From: an uncultured Olsenella sp.
GTDB lineage: Bacteria > Actinomycetota > Coriobacteriia > Coriobacteriales > Atopobiaceae
DNA: 64,000 nucleotides
Reading direction: 5' to 3'
NCBI GenBank assembly: GCA_934660915.1
Contig: CAKUIF010000001.1
Span: 192,319 to 256,318, forward strand
Made by a program: the position numbers and the translations under genes. The notes beneath the pieces are model-generated. The model did not search any database. It was not told the origin of the DNA and saw only the letters and a list, made by a program, of their open reading frames with translations. The number at the start of each line of letters is the position of its first letter. Position 1 is the stretch's first letter. This document shows positions 10,345 through 18,864 of the stretch, piece by piece.

Positions 10345-10509
10345 ATGAGCAGAGAAGAGAAGCGCCACCCCAACCTGCCGCCGATCCCAAAGAAGCTGGG
10401 AGGCGGGCGCGCGGGCTTCGGCGGCATCGCCGCAAAGAAGGGCATGGGCCCGAACAAGGCCTGCGGCCACAAGGGCGGCATTTGCCGCCAGGGCTCGAAG
10501 CGGGGCTGA
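10345..10509 (+). CDS. Small basic Gly/Lys-rich protein (54 aa) translationally coupled to ybaK
   Basis: AAGGAG RBS 8 nt before ATG at 10345. Product MSREEKRHPNLPPIPKKLGGGRAGFGGIAAKKGMGPNKACGHKGGICRQGSKRG. Stop lies 1 nt before the ybaK GTG start. Confidence 0.35.
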   Translation: MSREEKRHPNLPPIPKKLGGGRAGFGGIAAKKGMGPNKACGHKGGICRQGSKRG

Positions 10510-10510
10510 C

Positions 10511-11047
10511 GTGGCGCAGCAGCAGACCTGGGAAGACACCCGGACGATCCCCGGCACCCTTACCAAGCAGGACATCTACGACCTGCTCGACGCGCGCGGC
10601 ATAGAATACGAGGCGGTCGAGCACCCGCCGGTGTGCTCCGTCGAGGAGGCCGACGCGCTCGCGAAGCTGCCCTTCGCCGAGCACGAGGCAAAGAACTTCT
10701 TTCTGCGCGATCCCAAGCACCGCGAGTATTACCTGGTCACGGTCCCCGACCACAAGAAGGTCGACCTCAAGCGCGTGCAGGCGGAGCTGGAAAGCAAGCG
10801 CCTGAGCTTCGCGTCGGCAGACGACCTCGCCGAGAAGATCGGCATCTACCCGGGTGCCGTCACGCCCTTCGCCGCGCTCAACGCCGAGGGCGGCAGCATC
10901 CGCGTGGCGCTCGACGCCGACTTCGTGCGCTGGGGCTGGATCGGCTGCCACCCCTGCAGCAACACCGCGAGCGTGCACCTGCGCGTGTCCGAGCTGATCG
11001 CGCTTCTGGGCGACGCGGGGCACGAGGTCGAGGTCATCGAGCTGTAG
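10511..11047 (+). CDS. ybaK: YbaK/ProX-family aminoacyl-tRNA deacylase (Cys-tRNA(Pro) editing)
   Basis: 178-aa ORF with GTG start. YbaK-domain sequence (FFLRDPKHREYYLVTVPDHKKVDLKR...IGIYPGAVTPFA). Confidence 0.78.
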   Translation: MAQQQTWEDTRTIPGTLTKQDIYDLLDARGIEYEAVEHPPVCSVEEADALAKLPFAEHEAKNFFLRDPKHREYYLVTVPDHKKVDLKRVQAELESKRLSFASADDLAEKIGIYPGAVTPFAALNAEGGSIRVALDADFVRWGWIGCHPCSNTASVHLRVSELIALLGDAGHEVEVIEL

Positions 11048-11089
11048 GGGTGCGCCCGCCGGCAGCGGGCCGGGCGATCCGCCGCGAGG

Positions 11090-11398
11090 CTACAAGGCCG
11101 CGGCCGCGCTTCCCCACGGGCGAATCTTCGCGAGCTCAGGCGCCAAGGTGCGCTTTACGATCTCGGTGTCGTAGGCGGCCTGCGCGCGAAGCCAGTAGCC
11201 GTCGGAGAGGCCAAGGAACTTGCAGAGCCTCAGGTCGGTGTCGGCCGTGACCCTTCGCTTGCCAAGGACAATCTGCCCGATGCGCTGAGCGGGGATGCCC
11301 GTTTCCTTTGCAAGGCGATACTGCGAGATGCCCATCGGCTCGAGGAACTCCTCCTTGAGCAGCTCGCCCGGGGTAACGGGAGCGATTCTATTGTCCAT
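11090..11398 (-). CDS. HigA-like XRE-family HTH antidote/regulator (no higB partner seen)
   Basis: 102 aa. HTH ISQYRLAKETGIPAQRIGQIVLGKRRVTADTDLRLCKFLG. GAGGAGG RBS. Confidence 0.72.
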   Translation of the reverse strand: MDNRIAPVTPGELLKEEFLEPMGISQYRLAKETGIPAQRIGQIVLGKRRVTADTDLRLCKFLGLSDGYWLRAQAAYDTEIVKRTLAPELAKIRPWGSAAAAL

Positions 11399-11491
11399 GG
11401 TGCCTCCTCTGTTATCTATATGCTAACATGAGAACAGATGTTCCTACTAGTAGTATTTGTTTGTTATTCTCTTTAGGCGAAGGAGCTTGCT

Positions 11492-12424
11492 ATGAACATA
11501 TTGGTTTTGGTCCCGGCAAACGATGAGCACAAGGCGACGCTCGAGGCGGCGGCTCCGGAGGCGAGCTTTACGTACACGAGCCCCGACACCGCGACCGACG
11601 AGGAGGTGGCCGCGGCCGACGTCATCGTGGGCAACCTCGCCGCAGATCGCCTGGGCGCGGCGGCGCGCCTGCGACTCATTCAGCTGAACTCGGCCGGCTA
11701 CGACAACTACACCGCGGCGGGCACCCTGCCTGCGGGTGCTGCGCTCTGCTGCGCCACGGGCGCATACGGGCAGGCAGTCTCGGAGCACCTCTTTGCCTCC
11801 GTCCTTGCCGTCATGAAGAAGCTCCCCGGCTACCGCGACCTGCAGCGCGGCCGTCGATGGGGCGACCTCGGCGAGGTCTGCTCCCCCGCCGGCGCAAACG
11901 TGCTCGTGCTCGGCGCGGGCGACATCGGCACGCACATCGCGGCGCTCTTCGCGGCCGTCGGGTCCCACGTCACCGGCGTGCGCCGCAGCGTTGTGGCGGC
12001 CAAGGCGCCGTTCGAGCGCATGGCGACCATGGACGAGCTGGCGGAGCTGCTGCCCGAGGCCGACGTCGTGGCATCGGTTCTGCCGAGCACGCCCCAGACG
12101 CACGGACTTGCCGACGCGGGCTTCTTTGCCCGGATGAAGGAGGGGGCCATCTTTGCGAACGCCGGCCGCGGCGACCTCGTCAACCAGTCGGCACTCCTCT
12201 CGGCGCTGCAGTCGGGCCACCTCGCGGGCGCGGCGCTCGATGTGTGCACGCCCGAGCCGCTGCCCGGCGACGACGCGCTGTGGACCGCGCCGAACCTGCT
12301 GCTCACCCCGCACATCTCGGGCTTCTACCACCTGCCCGTGACGCTCGACAACATCGTGGCGATCGCTGCGGAAAACATCCGCGCCCTTCTTTGCGGCGAC
12401 GAGCTGCGCAACCGCGTGCTCTAG
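11492..12424 (+). CDS. D-isomer-specific 2-hydroxyacid dehydrogenase, NAD-binding
   Basis: 310 aa. Rossmann motif VLGAGDIGTHIA. Family-typical C-terminal catalytic region. Confidence 0.8.
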   Translation: MNILVLVPANDEHKATLEAAAPEASFTYTSPDTATDEEVAAADVIVGNLAADRLGAAARLRLIQLNSAGYDNYTAAGTLPAGAALCCATGAYGQAVSEHLFASVLAVMKKLPGYRDLQRGRRWGDLGEVCSPAGANVLVLGAGDIGTHIAALFAAVGSHVTGVRRSVVAAKAPFERMATMDELAELLPEADVVASVLPSTPQTHGLADAGFFARMKEGAIFANAGRGDLVNQSALLSALQSGHLAGAALDVCTPEPLPGDDALWTAPNLLLTPHISGFYHLPVTLDNIVAIAAENIRALLCGDELRNRVL

Positions 12425-12495
12425 GCGGCCGGAGGCGGGCAGGGCTCGGGGTGGCCGGTCCTTCTTGCCCGTAGGTCCTTCTTGCCGCCAAAACA

Positions 12496-12569
12496 ACCGA
12501 TTAGCAACCGAAAACGGTGCATACGCCCTACCAGAGGTCCGTATGCACCGTTTTCGGTTGCTAATCGAC
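12496..12569. repeat. Hairpin repeat family R1 copy 1 (29-bp perfect arms CCGATTAGCAACCGAAAACGGTGCATACG)
   Basis: Perfect inverted repeat seen directly. Preceded by CCTTCTTGCC...GCCGCCAAAACAA leader shared with copy 2. Confidence 0.85.
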
Positions 12570-12722
12570 CAACAAGCGCATACCCCACGCCAATTTTTCA
12601 TCCCATATAACGACAAGGCAAAGACGACCTTGCGATCGCGCCGCCCGAGGAATGGTCCATTCCCGGGCGGCGATTGCTGTTCAAAGGTTGAACAGCAAAG
12701 GTTGAATCGAGGAGGTGAGCGC

Positions 12723-13397
12723 GTGGGCGATCAGCATGGATGGACGATTTCGCAGGTAGAGGACCTCATTGGCCTTCCTAGGCGCGATATTCAGCGTTGC
12801 TGCTACACCGGCAAAGGCGGCGTCGCGCTCCTCTTTCCTACCGACAGCACTTGGGGCCGCCGCGCCTACTCCGCCGATGACCTCGCGCGCCTGTACCTCG
12901 TTGCCCGCATGAAAGACCGGGGCATGAGCCTGCCCGAGATCAAGCGGGAGCTCGACGGCAGCGAGGCGGCGGGAAACGGCGACGACGTTCTTCTGGGCGA
13001 CTGCGCATCCCGCCTTGCCGAGGCACGCGAGCAGGTTGAGAGCCTGCTTTTGTCCGCCCAGGTGCTTCTATGTGCGGACAACCCCCGTGCAATTAAGTCT
13101 TTGATTTCTGACTATATTTACCGGTCGGCAGGAGCCAAGCTCGGCTGCTCAGGCCTCCTTGAGCGCCTTGAGCTATTCGATTTCGACAACACATCATCCG
13201 AGCTGCGGATATTTACGCTTCAGCTGCTCGACACTCCCGGCTTTGCCTTAGCGATCGAGCTCTGGCTTGGCACCGGCAGCGCCGAGCGGCTTGTCGATAG
13301 CCTAAGCAAGAAGGTCCCCGACTCCACCGCGATCTGCCGGTCTCAAAGCGAAGTGCAATATAGCCCTCGCTGTTCAACCATTGAACAGATACGTTAG
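12723..13397 (+). CDS. MerR-family transcriptional regulator
   Basis: GAGGAGG RBS then GTG at 12723. N-terminal HTH WTISQVEDLIGLPRRDIQRCCY. The upstream part of ORF 12465..13397 overlaps the R1 repeat and is rejected. Confidence 0.6.
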   Translation: MGDQHGWTISQVEDLIGLPRRDIQRCCYTGKGGVALLFPTDSTWGRRAYSADDLARLYLVARMKDRGMSLPEIKRELDGSEAAGNGDDVLLGDCASRLAEAREQVESLLLSAQVLLCADNPRAIKSLISDYIYRSAGAKLGCSGLLERLELFDFDNTSSELRIFTLQLLDTPGFALAIELWLGTGSAERLVDSLSKKVPDSTAICRSQSEVQYSPRCSTIEQIR

Positions 13398-13609
13398 AAG
13401 TCGATAAATGAGCCAACGGGGACATCGAGCGCTCGCGCAATCTTGCAGAGCACGTCGATGCCAACATCAGCACGGCCACCCTCTAGTTTCCAGAGGTATG
13501 ACCGGCTCGTGCCCGTCATGAGCGCAAGCTGCCGCTGAGAAATGCCTCGCTGTTCCCGCTCATGGCGAATATTGGAGCCTAAGCTCCTCTTTTCGGCTTC
13601 GTTGTCCAT
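13394..13609 (-). CDS. XRE-family HTH transcriptional regulator (71 aa)
   Basis: ISQRQLALMTGTSRSYLWKLEGGRADVGIDVLCKIARAL helix-turn-helix. Confidence 0.75.
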   Translation of the reverse strand: MDNEAEKRSLGSNIRHEREQRGISQRQLALMTGTSRSYLWKLEGGRADVGIDVLCKIARALDVPVGSFIDF

Positions 13610-13720
13610 AAGAAGAAGCGTAGGTATGCAATACTCGGCTATGGCTCTTTATAGAGAGCCATAGCCGAGGGCATTACTGAACAAACAGGCTCGCAACCGA
13701 AAAGTATTCAAAGGAGAACC

Positions 13721-15019
13721 ATGCGAATAATCAGACACGGAATCCTAGCGTCACTCATCTTTGCTTTCGCGCTGGCCCTCCCAATGGCAGCACGCGCGGA
13801 AGATCAGGTTTACTATCTCGGCTCGACCGTCAACGCTGGAACTGATGACGGGTATTCGAAGGACGGCGCCCTGACCGAAAAAGACCCTCATTACGGCTGG
13901 AGCCTTGGTCGTTTTTACGTCACCGGCTTCACAAACATACAGCGCGAGGGCAACAAGGTCACCTTCCTCAAAACAGCCGGCGACGACATCAAGCTGAAAT
14001 TTCGTCTTGGCCAGGAAATTGACCAGCTCAACGGTGATGAAGCATTAACAATCAACGATGATTCGAACGGCTACGATCAGCGTTTTGGAATCACCAAGTC
14101 GGACACCGGGTTCGGCCGCGGCACCCTCATCATCCGCCAAACCGATTACCAAAACAACGAATCAGCCCCGCAGGTTTTCGTCAATTACCTCGACGGGGTC
14201 CAAAAAGACGCTGAGACCGATGTCTCCTCGTTCGCCGAGGGCGATTACGAGGTCGTGCTCGACTACGAAATAAAGAAGGACGCGCGCAAGACCCCGGGCA
14301 TTGGCCCCATTCCGAGCATTTCCATCCTGCCGGAATACGGCAACTACACCATTCGGTTCAGCTTCTCCGTCCGCAACGGCAATACCATGGTCTTTCTCCT
14401 TGACTCAGAAACCGGCTCGGAGCTTACCAACAGTTCCGTTACAGAGAATGGCTTTACCGTCGACTTTGCCAAATCTCGCTACCTTGACATCTTCGTCAAG
14501 CGCTCGGTGCTCTCCGACAACGGTCAGGAGCTTGTCGACATCCGATCGAACGAGCCCGCGAGCGACGGGAAGAGCTACACGGACCCGGGCATCTACACCA
14601 TCACGGCAGTCAACCCGAGCACGAGCCAGACTACCGAGAAGGTCATTTATGTAGGCAACGACCCGCTGCTCAAATGCTATGCGATCACCGGATACTCCCT
14701 GGAGCAGATTCAGGACATGCTCGACCAGGGGGCCACCGTTAACGAAGACGGCTCCATCGTGTGGCCAACGCCTGATGACTCCGAAAAGGCGGGAACGGGT
14801 GAGACCACTCCTCAAGCAGAGCGGGACGACTCCAAGGGAAGCATGCCCTTCTTGCCGATCGCGCTCGTTGTGATCGTGGCAATCGCGGGCGTTGCTTTCG
14901 TTGCGAATAAGCGTCGGATAGCGGCTACAAACCGGGACGCGGACGCTCAGGCCAACATGGAATCAACCGGAATCGGCGCCTCGAACAACCCAGAGGGAGA
15001 TGCCCGAAATGAGGAGTAA
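13721..15019 (+). CDS. Secreted protein with N-terminal signal peptide and single C-terminal membrane anchor (432 aa, unknown function)
   Basis: MRIIRHGILASLIFAFALALPMAARA signal. C-terminal FLPIALVVIVAIAGVAFVANKRR. Noticeably lower GC than flanking core genes. Confidence 0.6.
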   Translation: MRIIRHGILASLIFAFALALPMAARAEDQVYYLGSTVNAGTDDGYSKDGALTEKDPHYGWSLGRFYVTGFTNIQREGNKVTFLKTAGDDIKLKFRLGQEIDQLNGDEALTINDDSNGYDQRFGITKSDTGFGRGTLIIRQTDYQNNESAPQVFVNYLDGVQKDAETDVSSFAEGDYEVVLDYEIKKDARKTPGIGPIPSISILPEYGNYTIRFSFSVRNGNTMVFLLDSETGSELTNSSVTENGFTVDFAKSRYLDIFVKRSVLSDNGQELVDIRSNEPASDGKSYTDPGIYTITAVNPSTSQTTEKVIYVGNDPLLKCYAITGYSLEQIQDMLDQGATVNEDGSIVWPTPDDSEKAGTGETTPQAERDDSKGSMPFLPIALVVIVAIAGVAFVANKRRIAATNRDADAQANMESTGIGASNNPEGDARNEE

Positions 15020-15722
15020 AGCAATTGCCATCCCCTTGTGCCTCGCGCTGGCGCTTCAAGGCTGCGGAGTTCCCGCTCAAACAGGAAATAGTTCCGACCC
15101 CGCAACGTCGCAAGAGTCTGCGCAACCCGTCACCGACAACGAACAAAAGATGTCAGACGCCAGCTTTATCAAGAAGCTCGAAGACGACATCTACCGATCA
15201 ATCGTCGACGACCTCGACGAAGACGGCAATCGCAAGGATCTTCAGGTCCAGGACGTGAAGGCTGTATATCTTTCCAAGGAGTACCTCGAGCAGTACACGT
15301 ACAACACCAAGGAAACCAAATTCTTTGGGACTACGCTCGGCGAGCTTGAAAAGAAGTTCGATAAACAAAAGTACGTTTTCGACATCGATGAGAACGGCAG
15401 GACGGTTTCCCATGCCGTCGACGATTTCGACAATACCTTCGATGAGGTCACGCAAGCCGCACTCTTGGGCACCGGGGTGATTCTCATCAGCGTGACCATC
15501 GTTTGCGTCACCGGCGGCGCACCAGTAACCGCGCTCGTTGCCTGCACAGCCAACAGCGCGACCGCGATCACGGCGAACCAAGCTCATCTTGCGCTTCTTG
15601 CCGCCAGCAGCGCCATCGCCATCTTTGATGACGGAGACGTCGGAGACGCGGCCAAGGATATCGCTTTCGACACGGGAAGCGACTTCGTCATGCAGGCAAT
15701 CGGCGGCAACGCCGTCGCTTAA
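15009..15722 (+). CDS. Lipoprotein with C-terminal hydrophobic region (unknown function)
   Basis: MRSKAIAIPLCLALALQGCG lipobox. GGAGGGAG RBS. Overlaps the previous gene by 11 nt. Confidence 0.55.
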   Translation: MRSKAIAIPLCLALALQGCGVPAQTGNSSDPATSQESAQPVTDNEQKMSDASFIKKLEDDIYRSIVDDLDEDGNRKDLQVQDVKAVYLSKEYLEQYTYNTKETKFFGTTLGELEKKFDKQKYVFDIDENGRTVSHAVDDFDNTFDEVTQAALLGTGVILISVTIVCVTGGAPVTALVACTANSATAITANQAHLALLAASSAIAIFDDGDVGDAAKDIAFDTGSDFVMQAIGGNAVA

Positions 15723-15755
15723 CACGAAGCAACCATTTAAACGGAAGGGAACTAC

Positions 15756-16427
15756 ATGGACGCAGGCAAAACCAAGGCGATCATGAACAAGAAGCTCGGG
15801 TTCTTTCTGACCAAACCGAAGATTTTGATTTACGGCATCGTTATCGGACTCGTCGCAGGCATCGTCGGCATATCAAGCCTTTTTCATGCCGGCGAGCAGC
15901 GGTATCGCCAAGCGAACACGCTGAGCCCCTCGATCGTCTTTTCTCGCATCGTGTCGAGCAATGAGTTGGTAAGCGCCACGCAACAGTACTCAGTCGTGGA
16001 TAAGTCGGTCGACGACAACGTGCTGCTCGGGATCATCCACATCCCCTTTACCGAGAACAGCTTCTGGTACCGCTACTGCGGGACCATCAAGGTCGGCGTC
16101 GACTTGAAGAAAGCAAGCTACGAGACGTCGGCGGACGGCCGCACCATCACCATTTCCCTCGAGCAGCCGTACATCATCTCCAACACGCCCGATATGGATA
16201 AATCCGGCGTCCTCGAGGAACACAACAACATCTTCAACCCCATTCACGTCGAGGACGTGGACGCCTTCCAACGAAAGTGCATCGAGGATACCGAGAAGGA
16301 AATCGCGAAGGGCGGCATCTTCGACGAGGCAAAAGCCAACACCGAGGAAAACATCAGGCAGATGTTCAACTCCGCTCTTGGCGACTCTTACACAATCGAG
16401 TTCGACTGGCGCGACGCCACGGAATAG
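15756..16427 (+). CDS. Small membrane protein with one N-terminal TM segment (tentatively DUF4230-like)
   Basis: N-terminal TM (ILIYGIVIGLVAGIVGISSLF). The DUF4230 assignment is by size and architecture only. Confidence 0.5.
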   Translation: MDAGKTKAIMNKKLGFFLTKPKILIYGIVIGLVAGIVGISSLFHAGEQRYRQANTLSPSIVFSRIVSSNELVSATQQYSVVDKSVDDNVLLGIIHIPFTENSFWYRYCGTIKVGVDLKKASYETSADGRTITISLEQPYIISNTPDMDKSGVLEEHNNIFNPIHVEDVDAFQRKCIEDTEKEIAKGGIFDEAKANTEENIRQMFNSALGDSYTIEFDWRDATE

Positions 16428-16437
16428 GAGAGATTTA

Positions 16438-16536
16438 TGAACATCGGTAAGAACGTGATTATCATCGCAGCAGCCGCCATCATCGCTTTTCTCGTCTTCT
16501 TCTGGCTCAACAACTCCGTTCTGTGCTGGGGATGAC
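16438..16536 (+). CDS. 32-aa hydrophobic peptide (MNIGKNVIIIAAAAIIAFLVFFWLNNSVLCWG)
   Basis: GGAGAG RBS 6 nt upstream. Lies 10 nt after the previous gene. Below the ORF-track length cutoff. Confidence 0.35.
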
Positions 16537-16600
16537 CGAGGCGGACGGGAACCGAGCAGGGCGGGCCGCCCTTCTTGCCGGCCCTTCATGCCGCCAAACA

Positions 16601-16676
16601 ACCGATTAGCAACCGAAACCGGTGCAAAAAGCTGGAAAGAAGGGCTTTTGCGCCGGTTTCGGTTGCTAATCGACCG
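16601..16676. repeat. Hairpin repeat family R1 copy 2
   Basis: ACCGATTAGCAACCGAAACCGGTGCAAAA / TTTTGCGCCGGTTTCGGTTGCTAATCG arms. Loop contains GAAAGAAGGGCTTTTGC. Same leader CCTTCTTGCCG...GCCGCCAAACAA as copy 1. Confidence 0.85.
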
Positions 16677-16806
16677 GCGAGACAACGCGCGGACGCGGTG
16701 CGCACCAGTGTCGATTTTCCCCGGCAAACTGACAAACAGGTAACAAGAAGCCCCCTCCGGCCGGGTACTCAGTCATAATCGGGCACGTAAAACCGCAAGA
16801 TTAGGA

Positions 16807-17706
16807 GTGCCCATGCCTCAATCCCCCATCGCCCTCATCGCCTTCGACCTCGACGGGACCGTGTTCGGCTCGCCGACGAACCAGGTCGTCTCGCCGCGCG
16901 TCTGCGCCGCCTTCCAAGCGGCCCACGACGCCGGCGCGCTCATCACCGTCGCGTCCGGCCGCCCGTTCTGGATGCTCGGCACGCAGATCCCCGCCGCGCC
17001 GTGGCTCGACTTCGCCATCAGCTGCAACGGCGCGCGCGTCGCCGGCACCCACCGAAGCGACCTCGACTTCGACGCGAGCTTCCCGCGCGCGCTCGCCGAG
17101 GACACCCTCGCCTCGATCGCCGAGCTCGGCGGCACCGTGAGCATCCACACCGACGCCGAGTCGCTTATGGAGACGCGCCACTGCACGCACCTGCTCGACG
17201 ACTTCGAAGAGCGTAAGGCCGAGGCGAGCGCGAACGGCGCCGAGGCCGCAGACGCCGACCGCGGCAACCCGATCGACGAGCTCCTTTCCATCTTCGGCGG
17301 CGTGGGCGTGGACTCCGCGCTCGACGCCTTCCTTGCCCGCCCCGCCCAGCAGCTCGACAAGGTCGATTGCGCGATGCCCTCCCGCAATGCGGCAGACGCC
17401 CTCGAGGCGCGCCTGAACAAGCTCGGCGGCATCGGCATCGCCCGCCTGGACTCGAAGAACTTCGAGCTCACGAGCGCTGCGGCCTCCAAGGGCGCGGCGG
17501 CCACCGACCTTTGCCGCGAGCTCGGCATCGACCCGGCCCGCGCCGTCGCGTTCGGCGACTCCGCCAACGACCTCAGCATGTGCGGGCGCGCCCTCACCTT
17601 CGTTGCCATGGGCAACGCGACCGACGAGGTCAAGGCCGCTGCCGACGACGTGACCGCCACCGTCTGGGACGACGGCGTCGCCCAGTGGATCGAGGGGCGC
17701 CTGTAA
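16807..17706 (+). CDS. Cof-type HAD-superfamily hydrolase
   Basis: IAFDLDGTV motif I. 299 aa. Confidence 0.8.
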   Translation: MPMPQSPIALIAFDLDGTVFGSPTNQVVSPRVCAAFQAAHDAGALITVASGRPFWMLGTQIPAAPWLDFAISCNGARVAGTHRSDLDFDASFPRALAEDTLASIAELGGTVSIHTDAESLMETRHCTHLLDDFEERKAEASANGAEAADADRGNPIDELLSIFGGVGVDSALDAFLARPAQQLDKVDCAMPSRNAADALEARLNKLGGIGIARLDSKNFELTSAAASKGAAATDLCRELGIDPARAVAFGDSANDLSMCGRALTFVAMGNATDEVKAAADDVTATVWDDGVAQWIEGRL

Positions 17707-18657
17707 ATGGACGACCTGCTCTTCTCGCTCAACGCGACGCTGCCGATCTTCATCATGATGATGCTCGGCTACTTCCTCCGGCGCGTCGGCATCGTTACGC
17801 AGGAGTTCGCCGACGCCGCGAACACGTTCGTCTTCAAGATCTGCCTGCCCCTCGTCTTGTTCGACGACCTCTACCAGATGGACATCGCCGCGGCGTGGGA
17901 CGGCGGCTTCGTCGCGTTCTGCGCCGCCGCGACGCTCGGCAGCATCGCGCTGTGCTGGCTCGTCTCGCGCGCGTTCGGCCAGCAGCCTTGGCGCGGAGAG
18001 TTCATACAGGCGTCGTACCGCTCCGGGGCGGCGTTTTTGGGCATCGCGTTTCTTTTGAGCATCTACGGCGAGGCGGGCGCCGCGCCACTCATGGTCATCG
18101 GCGCCGTCCCCATCTACAACGTGAGCGCCGTCGTCATCCTCGAGCTCATGCGGCCGGGCAAGAAGGGCTGCGGCGTGAGCGGCGAGCTCATCCGCAGCAC
18201 AATCAAGGGCATCGTCACGAACCCCATCATCCTCGGCATCGTCGCGGGCGTCACCTGGTCGCTGCTTCGCATCCCCATGCCCCAGGTGCTCGGCACCGCC
18301 GTGGCCGACGTCGGCGGCATCGCCACCCCGCTCGGGCTCATCGCGCTCGGCGCGTCGTTCAGCTTCCGTCGTGCGTTCGCGGTCGGGACGCCGTCGATCG
18401 TCGCGTCGGCCATCAAGCTCGTGGGGCTCGAGCTGGTCTTCTTGCCACTGGCGCTCGCGGCGGGATACACCGGTCAGAAACTCGTCGCCGTCATGATGAT
18501 GCTCGGCCTGCCCTCCACCGTCAGCGGCTACGTCATGGCGCGCAACATGGGCTACGAGGGAGCGGTCAACTCGAGCGTCGTCATGCTCACGACGCTCCTG
18601 TCGTCGGTGACCATCACGTTTTGGCTGTGGCTGCTCAAGTCACAGGGGCTGGTGTAG
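17707..18657 (+). CDS. AEC-family (auxin efflux carrier / malate permease-like) transporter
   Basis: 316 aa. Polytopic membrane protein with an AEC-like N-terminus. Start abuts the stop of the HAD gene. Confidence 0.78.
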   Translation: MDDLLFSLNATLPIFIMMMLGYFLRRVGIVTQEFADAANTFVFKICLPLVLFDDLYQMDIAAAWDGGFVAFCAAATLGSIALCWLVSRAFGQQPWRGEFIQASYRSGAAFLGIAFLLSIYGEAGAAPLMVIGAVPIYNVSAVVILELMRPGKKGCGVSGELIRSTIKGIVTNPIILGIVAGVTWSLLRIPMPQVLGTAVADVGGIATPLGLIALGASFSFRRAFAVGTPSIVASAIKLVGLELVFLPLALAAGYTGQKLVAVMMMLGLPSTVSGYVMARNMGYEGAVNSSVVMLTTLLSSVTITFWLWLLKSQGLV

Positions 18658-18717
18658 GCGCGCAGCGGAGACTGCCGCGGCCCGCCGTCCGGCGTCCGCC
18701 GTTCCGACACGCGTTGA

Positions 18718-18830
18718 ACTCTCACACATATAACGATGTTTTATCTTCCTACGTAAAAAGTCGGTGGACGGCGGTTTTTGGGTTGGCAACGGCGCTTTGC
18801 GCTGCATAATGGAGTGCAACCGTTTTTTCA
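18718..18830 (+). promoter_or_regulatory. xpt 5' leader: candidate purine-riboswitch-like aptamer plus intrinsic terminator/attenuator
   Basis: AUAUAAC...UUCCUAC...GUAAAAAGU elements partly resemble the purine riboswitch core. A downstream hairpin followed by GTTTTTTC lies 40 nt before the xpt start. Not verified. Confidence 0.25.
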
Positions 18831-18864
18831 GACACCCACGCCCAAACCACCCGGGAGGTTGCGC

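Noticed and set aside
11090-11398. Toxin-antitoxin (HigBA) locus
   Set aside because: Only the HigA-like antidote/XRE gene is present. No HigB/RelE-like ORF is found on either side, so it is called a solo regulator.
12465-12722. N-terminal 86 codons of ORF 12465..13397
   Set aside because: This segment is translated across the R1 hairpin repeat and lacks an RBS. A GAGGAGG RBS plus GTG at 12723 gives a MerR protein starting at its HTH.
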